A DNA stretch of 64,000 nucleotides, taken from NCBI GenBank assembly GCA_036172245.1, contig JAYWIR010000006.1:2914001-2978000 (forward strand). The letters are read 5' to 3'. Within the stretch, counting starts at the first letter, position 1, and the number at the start of each line of letters is the position of its first letter. The notes under the pieces are model-generated. The model ran no database searches, was not told the DNA's origin, and saw only the letters and a list, made by a program, of their open reading frames with translations. A program made the translations under genes and the position numbers. Shown one piece after another: positions 1 to 12,591 of this stretch. Source of the DNA: Raillietiella orientalis (taxonomy: Eukaryota).

Positions 1-959
1 CGAATTGGACCTTCGCAAGGAAGAAGGGGGGGGGTACAACATGTCTCCTTGGAGGTCGAATCGAGGCGCGGCAGGGGTGCCAGCCAGCGCGTACCCATCA
101 ATCACGCGACACCTCCAGCCAAAGACCACGTGCCAGCGGCCCGGAACTCGTGCCAGGCAGGAGCGGCAGAGAAGCATCTGCATGTCGGCGGCTCCCGTAA
201 AGGAACAGAGCCGGGATGTCGCACCTCGGAACGAGCGTGGCTCCCCGCAGGTGGCTCGACGATCGGGAGCGATGTCGCCGGGATGTTCCGCGCGGCCGAA
301 GTAACCCCGAGCTCAAAAATGACCGGTCTTTTCCGGAGTCTGACGGAAGGGTTCGCGGAGGACCGACTCCGACCGGCTTGACTCCTTCCCCCATAAGATG
401 AGGAGAGGCGGAGAGGATCGAGGGGTACGCGACTGCGCGGCTCCCGTGCTCGGGAAGGCTGCGAGCACCTCCGAGGACGCGTCCTTGGGAACGGCGGCAG
501 CAGACGGTGGAAGGCAAGCACCGTGGTCCCCGGTGCAGGTCGTCAGGAAAGAGGGAGTAGCAGCGAGAAACCAGGAAGGTTTCGGGATGGAATAGATCGG
601 ATGCTGGAGAGGAATGTTTCGACTCGAGCGCGCGCCCCCCTCCCAGCCCTCTCTCTCGGTCCTCCATCTCGAGACTGGGCCAAGTTATCTGCTCCGCCGA
701 GACCTCAGGCAGAGAGTTCCTCCCTTCCTCCTCCCTGATCGATAATTTGGGAAATTTGAGCCCGTGCGTCACCGGGAGATCGCGAACTGTGCGACGAAGG
801 ACTCCAGCAGGAGCTGTGAGGAGCCACAGAGGCTTTTGGGGGACATAGGAGTTTCCGGTTCCTGCAGCGCTCTTGGCAGAGGCCGAGCAGCCCCAGCGAT
901 CGATGCGACGTGTGCGCCTGGGTCTGCCGTGGCACCGCGGAGACTCCAGAGGAAGACGG

Positions 960-2940
960 GACGCTCCATCAAAGGGGATGGGCCCGCAGGATAACCAACG
1001 AAGACGGCTGGAAGCTTGGTCAAACTACATCACTGGAAGAGGTCGTCTGGGAGCGCCTGGGGAGTCTCCGAGAGAGAGAAACCGACCTCTCCTTCGGTTT
1101 CCCTATCGGGATGGGAGTTTTGCCTGTGAAATGTCGGGGGCTGCCCAGCTCCCGTTCGGGCGCGCAAACTGGCCAATGCGGCGATCCTCAGAAGCCATTT
1201 TTTCCTCCTCCTTCCCTTCCCTCCCTTCTTCGTGCTCCGTACTGTGAGGTGAGCACACGGAGACGCTGCTCTCGAGGTGGGATCCTCTGATGGAGGCCCC
1301 CATCATTCAGAAAATGCAGAGGACGCACGGAGACTTGACCCGTCCGACCGGTTTCCTAGGAAGGCGGAAATCCAGCCCAATTCCCTCGGGACCGATGAGT
1401 GGCAACCGAAGTTTCGTCTTCCGCCGCGCTGCAGTCACCACGGAGCGGGAAGCCTTCCACTTCACCCGCGGTCTGCTCAGAGTACGGTCTGCTTTCGCCG
1501 TGTCTCTTTCTCTTCCTTTTTCTGTCCCGGGTGCAGGAGCATGTGGATGAGCGAGCCAGAGCGGTGTAGGGAACCTACGAACCCCCTCCATTTCATCTTC
1601 GGGAACTGTCCGGAAACCGGAAGAATCTTCCTCTAAACCTTTCCTGATCCTTCTTTCACGACGCTCCTTGCAACACAGAGCTCACGCCAGCTTCCCACCT
1701 CCATTTTCACGTACCGCTACTCTGCACTCCCTTCTTCATCCTAGGTTGGCACAGCGCAGCCTCCTTGCCACAGCGCTGCCCTCCCTACGGGAGGCAAATG
1801 GCAGCAGCCAACTGGCGAATTAGGAAGTCTCTTGAGAGATTGCAAGCAGGAGGAAGAAAATGAGTGGTTGGACCACAGGAGAGCTGACTGATGCTGCGAT
1901 CCCAAGTGCCCTTTAACGTGGACTTGGGCTCTGGGGCGAGTTGCTCGGTATTCCTCGCCAAGATCTGAAGTTGTCTCCAGTGTTCGTAGACAGCAGCGCT
2001 CTCCCTTCGGAGTGACGACAGCCGGCACTTGTGCTGCTGTACTGTGGTCTTCCCTGCAACTCTCCTCGACATCACTGGACATTGGGGAGGACGAGCCCGG
2101 ATTGTAGCAGGTGCAGGGTACGAGAGTCTCTCCCGCACTGCTTGTGGGACTGTGTTGCCCTTGGGCCCCTGTGGTAACGTTTTGGGACGACCCTGCAGAC
2201 CCCGATTGTCAACCTCAGATATGTTTTTAAACTCCTCTTGGCGCGGGATGCCCTACCGCCAGCCGCAGCCTTGGTAGTTGTTTGCTGCATTCGCGGGATT
2301 GTAGTGGCCACTGGAACGGCGCACATGGAGGACCATACGAAAGGGACGCCATCGAGTATGAATTTCGGCTTTCTGCGGATGGCAGCCAGATGGCTCCCCA
2401 CCTAGGTGCTATCAGGACCTACCTAGCCGGCATCCTGGACAGAGTGCATAGAACCTCCAGCCCTCCAGCTGGCAGTAACTCCTTCCCGGATCAAGGAACA
2501 AACTTCCCGGATGGAGAGGAAATTTTTGTTTCTTTTCATAAACTTCTATTTTTCTTTTGCTTTCTTCCTCCCTTCCGCTGCCGAAGTGAACCTCACCGAT
2601 CAGCTCACCGGCAGTCCTGCAGGTCCGTGGACAAATCGAGGGTGATAGGGTCATGCGTTCTACCACAATTTTCGAATTTATTATAAATTTTATTGATCAA
2701 CCCGGCGTGTCCGGGTGCGGCTACGCCGATTCCCCCTTCGCGGCGAACGGTCTGGACAATACAGCTCTCGAACTTTCCTCCTCGCCGAATCCCTATCTCC
2801 TGCCTCCCTATCTGGACTGCAGCCTCGTTTCATGGTTCACCTTTTCGTCCCCATCTGAGCCATCCTTCCGATTTAAGGATGACATTGAGGCGGGGACATC
2901 CTGGACGTCATCACATGACCATCTCAAGTATGCTGATCTC
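960..2940 (+). mobile_element. Decayed DIRS-like element (MT-like and YR remnants)
   Basis: VWERLG..TDL and FFPPPSLPSLL (cf. WxxFG..DLFA, AFPPxxL) at about 1040-1230. AIRTYL and IFVSF at about 2410-2540. TAAS/SW..DI....WTS....KY at about 2815-2930. Confidence 0.4.
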
Positions 2941-4524
2941 CAGATTCCAGTGTCTGGAATGGAAGCCTCAGCTCCCACGTGGGTAGTGGCCAGTGGGAGC
3001 TGAGACTGCCACTGGCCGTTCATCCTCTGCCGTATCAATTCCTCCGTCCGGCACCGCCACGCTTTCTCCTCCCTCCTCCTCCCCCTCTGCCATCTTGCGA
3101 TCACCCAAACGAGTGCCCAAGCAAAACGGATCTCCTTTCACAGGAAATCACTTAGGGGCAAGTGAAATGCCACCCTGGATGGGAAGGAACAACTTCTACA
3201 ACAGGGGAAGATGCATTCAGGGATACGGAAGCTGCGGATAGCTAAGTGGGGGGAGAACACGTAGCTGTCCGAATCTGGGAACGCACTTCGACGCCTTCGA
3301 GGGGGTGCTCACAAGTTTGTCTTCACGAAGGGTTACTCCCTGAATCGTGGCCTTGAATCGTACCGCACGACAGGGTCCTCTCCTGCCTGACCGAGGAGCA
3401 GCCGGGAAGCAGCCACGCGTCCCGCTCAATCAGACCAGTCACCGGGAGGCAACACGCCTTGGTCAGCGAGGCCAAGAAGTCGACGCCTGGGTGCCAGATT
3501 CTCGCCTGCAGCCTCCCGAGCACACAACTGTGCCACCGCCTGTCCCGGGGAAAGGCTGCGTGTATCGTGGCAGCTTCAAGTGAGCCGCAGCCGCCCATTT
3601 GAACGTCCTACGTCAGAGGTCCAGAAGGGCTTCGCGCATGTATTTGGCAGGCAATGCTTCGGAAGGGTGCAGCCTGTGACAGGAGGTGGAGACCCTTTGC
3701 TGTCTGGCCGTCTTCGCCGTTTCAGCCTCCATCCGAGACCCTGGTCTCGCGAGGGTCCGCTTGCTCATCTCGGCTGGTGGCCACCCATCTGTGGCTCCAG
3801 CAGATCTCCCTGGAAGGGCTCACGTCAGAGCACGCCCCATTTCCATCCATCGCTTACGGGTCCACCGCCCGGAGCACCCCCGAGAGATCGCGCACTGCCC
3901 TGAGCAGAGGAGAGCATCAGGAAACGATGAGCCTCCGGCTTCTTGCAAAGCCGAAATCTGAACAGCCGGTGGTCACTCTCCTCGCTCCTGTGCGCCTCAA
4001 CATTCCAGCGTTCCCTCCAGGCTGCCACCGGGATGTGCGACTGCTCCTGCACCGGGGTTTCCGGTCCGTCCCGTTTCCGAGGGAGCTGCATCCAGGCGCT
4101 GCTCCAGGAGCGCGTCGATCGAATCGTTCCCGCCCCTCTTGACGGACTGCGGTGCCCTCCAGAAACCGTGGTGGAGACTGACTTCAGCGCGCCTGTGCCG
4201 CCTAGAGACACTGACTGTGACCTGCGCGGCATACTCTCGGCAGGCGCCGGGATCGCAGAGACCCGTTGCAATCTACTTCTGAGATTTCTTATAAATAACA
4301 TAATTAAAATCAGGAATGAAATCAGGAAATTAATATTGCTATATAATGAGTAAATCATGTATGTGAATATTTTTATGTTACATAATAATCTGAGCGCCTG
4401 CCGAGACTCATCGCCACGTGCTGGGGGTCTCGGGTGCAGCGAAGGGAGGAAGACGATTGGGAGGTGGCCTCGCCCACAAGAGGGTGTCGAGTCGCGGACT
4501 GCCGGCATTCAGCTCCGGTAGTAG

Positions 4525-4825
4525 AAGGAAGGAACGGCCAGAGTCAAAGAAGATCGACTCTTCCCTTCCTCTTCCTTTCCTCCTCCTCCTTTTCCTCACC
4601 CCTCCCACCCCTTCCGGACTTCCCAAGTGGCCGACGTGAGTGCCGGAGGACCCTCTCCTTTGAAGCTCCTTCTGTTGCTCCGGGGAGCCGCGTTCCCAGC
4701 TCGTTTGTTCCTTCGAATGAGAGTCCTAGAGTGACCGAGGGATAGAAAATTCGACCTAGCAGGGCGGGCGTCGCGGCACCGGGAGCTCCCGGCTTCGAAC
4801 TCGAGGCTGTGGGTTCGAAACCGTC
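4525..4825 (+). repeat. Diverged direct repeat, copy 1 (copy 2 at about 6300-6600)
   Basis: Shared colinear blocks: AAGGAAGGAACGGCCAGAGTCAAAGAAGRTCGACTCTTC, TTCCGGACTT, AGTGGCCGAC, GTTTGTTCYTTCGAATGAG, AAAATTCGAC. Confidence 0.85.
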
Positions 4826-6299
4826 CGATACGATGACGCGGAGCACCGTCGTGGGCGGCGAGGAAGCTGAGCGAGTTCGAGTCTGCGGCAGAAGCGCCTC
4901 GTCTTTGTGCGCCCGTCCTCGGATTCCGACACCTCGGAGGAAGGGGAAAAAACTCCTTCGGGGAGCGGTGACGACGGAGAGGGGGGACCTCTCAAGAGGA
5001 AGAATCGAACCAAACGAAAAAAAAAAACGGATATACTGGAAAGTCTTCCTGGTTGGGAACAAAAAACGAAGGCGGCCGTCCATCATGTGAGATTTAGGAC
5101 CAATTTGCAGAACGAAATCTAAACATGACCTCTGAGGGGGAAAAAAACGGAAAGCACGCGCGCGCACTCGGGATAAGGGAAAGTGCCGGTAGGTAAAAAC
5201 ACGGAGGGCTGAAAGGAAAGCGGAACCTCTCCGCCGTCCGGAACCCAGCAAAAAGGTAGAATGAGACGCTTCTCGGAGCGGAAGATTGCAAGATGGGAAT
5301 ATGGGAAGCCAGGAGGCGTGTCTCGCGGTGCACTGCGTGGAGCCATCTGCGAAGAGGTCAAATGAGGCGCTGTCTCGAAACAGGGCTCCGCACTCTTTTA
5401 CGCCGATGCTTTTTTCGTCCTGGTCATTTCCATGCCTGTGCCGACATCGTTGCAGAGAAGGACCGACTGGCCGAGAACGGACCGCCTGACAGGAAATTGC
5501 GGATGTGCTCAGAGCAGCGGTGGGTGACCTTCTGCTGCCCACGGGTCGCGTGCAGACCGAATCGCACGCTGCTGGAATCGAGAACGCGGGGAGGCGTGCA
5601 GATTCGAGCCTCCTTCCGGAAAAGCTCCCGTTTTCCCTGTCTTTGTTTTGTTTTGCTTTTCTTCACGGTCTCGTGATTTGAATAGACCGGCAAAAAGAAG
5701 AGAGGAAAACCCGAGAAGTGACCGCAGCAGCGGTGAGCAAACTGAGGTCCGTAGCTAAGAAAACACTGTCCACCATGGGTGCTGCTTTGACCGAGCGATT
5801 CATGAAAATAACGATTAAACCTCAGACTGAGAGGATGGGATTTACCCGCCCGTAGAAACGACTATGAACCCTATTTAAGTTAAAGTGAATCGGATTTTCA
5901 ATATAGTACACATTTGTAATTGTACTGATAATTTTGAAAACCGTAAGCGCATTCATTCACTACCAACAGCAATGCCTTTTTTTTAGGGGGGGGGACAACC
6001 TGTGGTAAAAGTAAAATTCTAATCGAAAAATTGTGAATGCATGTAAACGTATGTACATATTCCTGTATAGGCAGCATTTACAGATACATATACAGATACA
6101 AATACTTTTGCATAGTTGCTGAAATTTGTGTTTACGATGTTATACATATTTTGATTTACGATGTTTTGATTTTCACATGTGGTTTATTCAAAACGGCGTC
6201 ACTATTACGACTAACTTTGAAGTTATTTGTGGGCCGACCCACGAGTAGTCATCATCCGTTATAGTGCATTCACTGTCTTGCAACGATGCACCTGTGGCA

Positions 6300-6600
6300 A
6301 AGGAAGGAACGGCCAGAGTCAAAGAAGGTCGACTCTTCTCCTCTTCCTATTCCTTTCCTCTCCCTCCCTTCCTCCTCCCCAACCTCATTCCTCCAACCAG
6401 TTCCGGACTTTTTTGAGTGGCCGACCTGCGTGCCGGCGGATCCTCTCCCTGGAACCTTCTTCTGCTGTTCCCATGACCATATTTCCAGCTTGTTTGTTCT
6501 TTCGAATGAGCGTCTCTGCGTGACCGGGGCACAAAAAATTCGACTTGGCAAGTGGACAGTGCGGCGGTGAGAGTTCTCGGCTGCGGATTTCGACACCTTC
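6300..6600 (+). repeat. Diverged direct repeat, copy 2
   Basis: Colinear with 4525-4825; right boundary approximate. Confidence 0.85.
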
Positions 6601-7739
6601 CAGATCTCCGACAGTCCAGGCCAGCTGCAATCCCTCCTCCCCTTCTCCGAGGAATTCTCCGTTGCTGGGGACTGAGGCCTCGGGGAACCACGTCGAGATC
6701 AGCTCGGAAGAGCGTAAAGTGTTTGTTCCGTGCTTGACTGAGCAGAAGAACGAGTCAGGACGGCAGCTGCCTCGAAACAGGCCAGACTCCTGCTCATAGA
6801 GATGGTGATGGGTCTCTGGATACAAAGGCTGATGGAAACGAGGCAGAATGAGGGCGCGTTGAAGTGGCATTCATGGGAGATCTTTAAAACGAAAGCCCGA
6901 GTTTCAGGAACCCTTTCTTCGAGGAAAGGAGAGAGTGGTTACTTGCTTTTTTTTTTTTTTTTCTACTTCCGTTCTGCCTTGGATACGCATGGGCAGAGGA
7001 GTATGCTGAGAAGCTCTTTGTCTGGCTGGGGGCTGAAAATGATGATGCTCTACGTCTACTATTCACGCGTGATGGGGGAGAGGAACGCATGGAACCCCGA
7101 GGCAGCGAGAAATGAGACGACAGCCACCGGACCGTGGGGACCCTTTCCCCTCACGTACTCCCGGAATGCCCCGCAGGTTACAGAGGGGGGATGGACGCGC
7201 CTCGAACGGAATATTTCCGATCCCCCATGCCGGCCCTCAGGAACTGCTCGGAGGGAAACATCTCCTATCCTTAGTCCGTGCCCTTCGGGACAGCTGGCTT
7301 GCTCTTCGCCGGCCGACTTCTTCCACGCGCGAAGATGTGGGACCAACGCAAAAGAAAGTTTCTTCTTTTGCGTCTCCATTTAGGAAAGCCTTCCAAGGCG
7401 ACTTCCGTAGCGAAACGCACCCGAAAAGGTTCAAACTGGGATCTGCGGTGAAAAGTGGAGACAGGGGGAAGGTCAGACTGGATTGATCGAGACCAGAGGC
7501 AGCAATGCATGTGTCCCGTCTTGCCCTTAGCCGACGCGATCCCCGGAGACTGTGCTCATCACCGTGAGGTCGGTCTGTCCCAGCTTCTGTTCATCCCTTT
7601 ATTCATTGTTCTCTTCCTGCTCACCCTCCACGCCACCCTGGTTCCATCCTCAGCGAGGTTGGACGGACGTCTTCCGGCACACGTCGGGCCCCTCTCTTCC
7701 CATGAAGGTTCCTTTCAGCTGAATGAACGTCCTGAGGCA

Positions 7740-8300
7740 GATCCGTACAAGAAGGTCCTTCCTTTGACCTTTGCTGCCTCCTTCGCTCGGAGATGTGGCC
7801 ACCGCCTGAGAGGACTCTATGGCGCCTCTCTTTGCTCTCAGAGGATCCGGGATTCACTGGGACGCAAGAATTTTCCTCGCCGTACTCCTCCATGTGGCTA
7901 TTAGAGATGACCACTAGTCTCATGCGGCTATCCCAGAGGGAGATCACCGCCCTGTGGCACTGCAGAAACTTTGCTGGGAAACGGGGTGGAGTGGCCGCAT
8001 AATGTGGACGAACTTTCAACGCGACACCCCATCGTGTGAATGGCCAGGTAACGCGTTCCCACGGTCTACCAAGTGCGTCAGGTGGGTTGCTCGAGTCATT
8101 TCTCGGCCTCAGGGTCACTCTGCCCTCATCGACATCCCAAGAGAGCCGGGACGTACCCTCAATGACCGGAGAGCAGCGAAGAAGCCGGGATCATCCCGCG
8201 GTGGTGGCCCAGGGGTGGTTCGCCGGAAAGCGTCGCTCTGACATGCCCCTAGAGGGAAGCCACCCCTTGAGGGCGACAGCTGCCTCCTGTGACCTAGCCT
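7740..8300 (+). mobile_element. DIRS-like YR remnant
   Basis: KKVLPLTFAASFARRCG (box I-like), VRWVARVIS and HPLRATAAS (H-x-x-R box-like), in order across frames. Confidence 0.45.
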
Positions 8301-11300
8301 AGGTCCTTCCATGAGGGAGGGAAATCAGCTCTGAGGACTCAGGGGGTTGTCCAGTTTAGCTGCAGGCTGCTCGAGCCCGTTCGACCTTTTGGTGCTGGTA
8401 GGCGCCATGGCGACGCTGCCCCCGAGGGCACGGCGTTCGATCCACAAGGAGCTTCACATCGGACGCTTTCAGACGGACGCTTGCCGAGGTTATCCGGAGC
8501 GGGTGGCGGTCTCTCAGCGGTGCATCGGGACGCCGTCTCTTGGGCTTTGGGCTCGCCCCGACGGCAGGCCGCCCAGTGGAGAGAGATGCCAAGGAAGAAG
8601 CCTGCCGGAAGGAGGGGCGGCCTCGGGCGACGGGGACCACGGAGGAGCGAGTTCTACCATGCGGCCCTCCTTGGGCCCAGTGTCCACGTGCCTGGCTGCC
8701 TCCTGCTCACAGTGCAACCGCATCCTTCTTTTTCCCGCATCCCCCTCAGGACGGGCGGCGTCCCTTAGCCCGCGTTTGCTTCCACGCATCCCGTCCGCCG
8801 CGCCCTCCGGAGTCCGTCTTAGGGAGTCTCACGTAGAGCTCCGTGTGGATCGAGAGCCATGCTCTCGGGGGCAGCAGCACCGACGAGGTGTCTATTGGTC
8901 CCGAAAGGCCGAACGGGTGCGGTCGCTTCCCGAAGGGCTGCCCCTCGCCTCCGAAGGCTCTGCCGCTGGAGGTGAATGAGGGAAGGCGCGCACCTATGAA
9001 GGGCTTGTGCAGACTGTAGCTGGCCAGGTCGCGTCCCCTCCCCTGACCCCCGAAGCCCAAGCAGGAAAGGGAAGAGGGCCGCCGGCTACTGCTGCTGCAC
9101 CCTGCCGGCGTCTCTACCACCGCCGCTGGCTCTACAGACCAGCGAGCATCTCTGGATGTGGTCACTAAGGTCGCCGTCGCTGATAAACAAAGCCCGAGGA
9201 GCGGTTCTTGCACCAGAGGGTGTCGCGACCCCTTTCGAATCCCTGGAGGTGTGCTTTCGCCGGATAAGGCACGCGGCTGGTGGTTCCGCGTTACTGGAAA
9301 AGCCCTAGGGGAGATCTATGTTGCCCCTAGGGCTTTCCCCGACGACAGGAGGGAAAGGGTGCAGCAGCCCCTAGCGTAATGAAACCAGAAGGCACTCTCG
9401 GGTTGCACAAGCGAGAAACGAGGAGGTCGCAGCCGGAGAGGATGACCAGGGGCGCCCAGAAGGCTGACGATTACGAAGGAAAGGACATCATGCTGACCGC
9501 GGCAGGAGGGAACTCCTGGGGCTTGTGTCGTGAACCGCCTCAACACTCCCGGTCGAGGGTCAGAGGACAGAGACGGGGAGGCGCAGCACCACCGCGGATT
9601 GCCTGAGGCGATCGGCTGGCCGCGCAGGCTGCTCACGCGCGGGCGCGGATGCAGGCACGTCAGGGCTGCTACGCGACGGCTTTTCTCACGGAGGGCCATC
9701 CTTCTCTAGGAGCCGGGGTTCTGTACAAATGGACGGCTCGGGGGCGGGCGGGGGAGGTGAGACGCGCCCCGTCTTCCCTGCTGTCGTGCTGCAGTGGCCC
9801 TCTGGGGGAGGAAGCGATGGTCAGAAGGAATAACCCTGGTACGATTCGCAGCTGCCCAAAGGCTTGCGGAGAGCGTGTGACTCGAGGCCCCGCGAGCGCA
9901 AGATGCGTTCCCGGTCAAGCTGAGGAGAGGGCGAGCGGTTGTTCCCGGCAGGATTCTCAAACGTCCTCCTCGCCCCCTTCCCAGGCCGAGAAACGGAGAA
10001 TCCTGGAAGGGCATTCCCTCTTTCCGCCGCCGGAGACCTTGGCGGATCCCAGGGCGGCAGCCGGGGCCGGTCCTGGAACGTCCCCTCAGTCTTGACGCGT
10101 CGGCATGGAAAGGCGCCGCGCGCTCTTGCAGGAGACGGGGACGAAGGGGGAGGTGATGCGGCCGGTGCCGGCTTTTCTCGGCGGGGCCCGTTCGTCTGCG
10201 TCAGGCGACGCCCTGCCCGCCCTCATCGATTCGCTTACCATTTTCGTTAGACGCGGAGCTCCGCTCTGCCAGCGCCAGCTATCCGCTCTGCGAGGAACCA
10301 ACGGAAGCGCAAGTTTTCCCAGGACCATTAGACGGCGCTGCGTACCGCCATCACTGTGCATCCGCGCTCTCTGTCCGCAGCAACCTGCAGGCGTTGCTAC
10401 GAATGCTGCATGCACGAATGCCGTACGACATTCCCGTTTTTCCCCAGTATCTCAATTGCTGATCGCTGCTGCTGGATCTGAACCGTTCTCTTTCATCTCA
10501 TTCCTTCTTAACTCTTCCCCTCCCCCCTCCCTCCCTCCTTTTCCCGTACAGGACTGGCGCATTTCGCGGAGACTTTGTAAAACAGGACGCGATACGCGTG
10601 TTCCACCGCTGGATACGCCGGAAATTGAAAGGCACACGCACTTTTGCTGGGCAACGCGAGCGCTCGTATTCGCTCGTTCAGGGGAGAACCGTTCCCAAAG
10701 ACAGTCAGAAAGGCTCGAGGGCGGCTCGCGCGCGCAACGGGATCGACCGGGAATCGAGGATCCCTTCTCCGCGTTCTCCTTCCTCCGCAGGAGCGCGCGC
10801 GGAACCGTCTCAGAAACGCAGCCGGGACTCTTTGGGGAGACACAAAGAGCCCGCAGCGGGCCACGTGGCCACGTAAGTGCTTTCGAGGACGCGCGACCCG
10901 TGGCGGCTGCCATGGAGACGAAGCTCCCAGCTGGGAATGGCGGAACTGGCGGTCTCCTCCGTGCCGGCGATTCCGCGTTTTCGTTCGCTCGCGCCCGCTG
11001 CAAGTCCGACGCAGTACAGCCTCTTCCGATCGCTGGAGCGTTTCCCTGGAGGCGCTTTTCCAGCGACTCGGACCTTTGCCTGGGTTCGCTCCTGGCAATC
11101 CCTGAACCTTTTGCGATGCTTTACGGTAAGCCAGGCCTCACGGCACTCGGGGTGTCGCGCGCGATCGCTGACCCTCCAGCTGCACTTCGACCCAATCCGC
11201 CTTTACCCGGGCGCTTTTGCTGCAAGGGCGGCGGCGCGCCTGGGGAAAGAAGGAAAAAAACTGCACCGGGGGGTTACCTCCGCACGCGCGCGACGCTCGC

Positions 11301-11805
11301 TTCAGCCCCGTGGACCCCTCCCACCGTTCCCGGGAGGTAGCACCCTGGATACAGCCAGCTGAGCAGGTAAACAAGGACGGCGGAAGACCTTCCGCCGCGG
11401 AGTTGCTGTTCGAGTGACGCGGGTTCGAGGACCCATGACGGGGGAACCGGGTGCCTGGGAACCCCGCTCTGGGGACGATTTCCCTCCCGAACGCCTCGTC
11501 ACGGGAATTCGGGCCTTACACTCCCTTCCGAAGGTGACACCCATGCCCTACGTCCGCGCGCGTCGTAGGGAGCACAGCTCTCGCACGAACCTTCCCCGAC
11601 GGGGGGAAGGGGAGGGGGGGAACTGCAGTTTCCGAACGGAGATCCGCCTACATCTCCTCGCGCCCACCACGCGATCCGACTTGGCGCTGCGTGGCAACCA
11701 GGCAACAAAACCCCGGGGACAACCAGCTGAGGCTGAAATTCTCCATTCCCACCTTCCAATTTTTGAAAGTGAAAGTCGCGCATTACAAGAAAAAAAATTT
11801 TTTTT

Positions 11806-11811
11806 TTTATT
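11806..11811 (-). terminator. Candidate polyadenylation signal of PDE4
   Basis: AATAAA on the minus strand about 250 nt past the stop codon, followed by A then T runs. Confidence 0.4.
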
Positions 11812-12060
11812 TCGAATCTCCGCAGATTCCGCCAAACAGATCGTCCCGCCGATACACCGCACAACCCCCTTCGGGGAAATTTCAGGCACTGCGTGCTCCG
11901 CGAGGAGTCATCCGCGACCCAGAAACGCGGACAGAAAACGGAGGTCTTTCGTTGTTGCCGGAGAGATATCACGCCGGGGACCGGGCTGCCATCGACGCGG
12001 GAGGACGAGCTGCTGGAAGCAGAGCGAGGGAGGGGGCAGTGCCAATAGGGGACCCTCTTT

Positions 12061-12591
12061 TTAAGAGGCGTCTTCAAAGGTTTCTTCTGCGTCAGCCTCG
12101 GATGTTTCCAGAGGCTCTCTTTGGCTCAGCTTCGACTGGTACCACTGCCGGTTCTGCTCCAGGGTGGCCAGGATGTCGTTGGCACGCTCGTCTGTGGTGA
12201 AGAGGTGGATCCAGGTTTGCCACATTGGCCGCACAATGAACTCGATGAAGGTGATTTGGGAACGCTCTATGTCAGCATCCAGGCGATCGCACATGGGCGA
12301 GACGGCGAGCTGCTGATCTTTCTCGAGGTCTCCCTGCTGGAAGAACTCAGTCATGATTTTGTCCACCCACTGGAAGTAGAGATAAGGCGGCTTGGTCGGA
12401 TTGCTCAGGTCGGCACAGTGGATCATGCTCTGGAGCACCCGGATGCGATCTTCGTCCCTTTCCAAGAAGTAGACTATCTTCTCGTTCTCCTTCAGGGGGA
12501 CTTCCTCTTGCATCTCCTGCTTCTTGGCGTCTATCATGCTGGCGACCTGAGCCAGCAAGTCCATGTGCTTCGACATGTCCGTGGCGAGCAC
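12061..12591 (-). CDS. PDE4: PDE4 terminal exon (VLATDM...FEDAS*)
   Basis: Acceptor tttcag|GTG at 12592/12591. 531 nt including TAA. Contains DLSNP, EFFQQGD and SQxxF. Confidence 0.95.
   Translation of the reverse strand: MLATDMSKHMDLLAQVASMIDAKKQEMQEEVPLKENEKIVYFLERDEDRIRVLQSMIHCADLSNPTKPPYLYFQWVDKIMTEFFQQGDLEKDQQLAVSPMCDRLDADIERSQITFIEFIVRPMWQTWIHLFTTDERANDILATLEQNRQWYQSKLSQREPLETSEADAEETFEDAS

Noticed and set aside
4812..4822. B-box/T-loop-like GGTTCGAAACC (tRNA or SINE)
   Set aside because: No cloverleaf or convincing A-box, and not conserved in the second repeat copy.
8020..8070. Integrase-like RPWERVTWPFTRWG on the minus strand
   Set aside because: No DDE context, and the opposite strand fits a YR remnant better.
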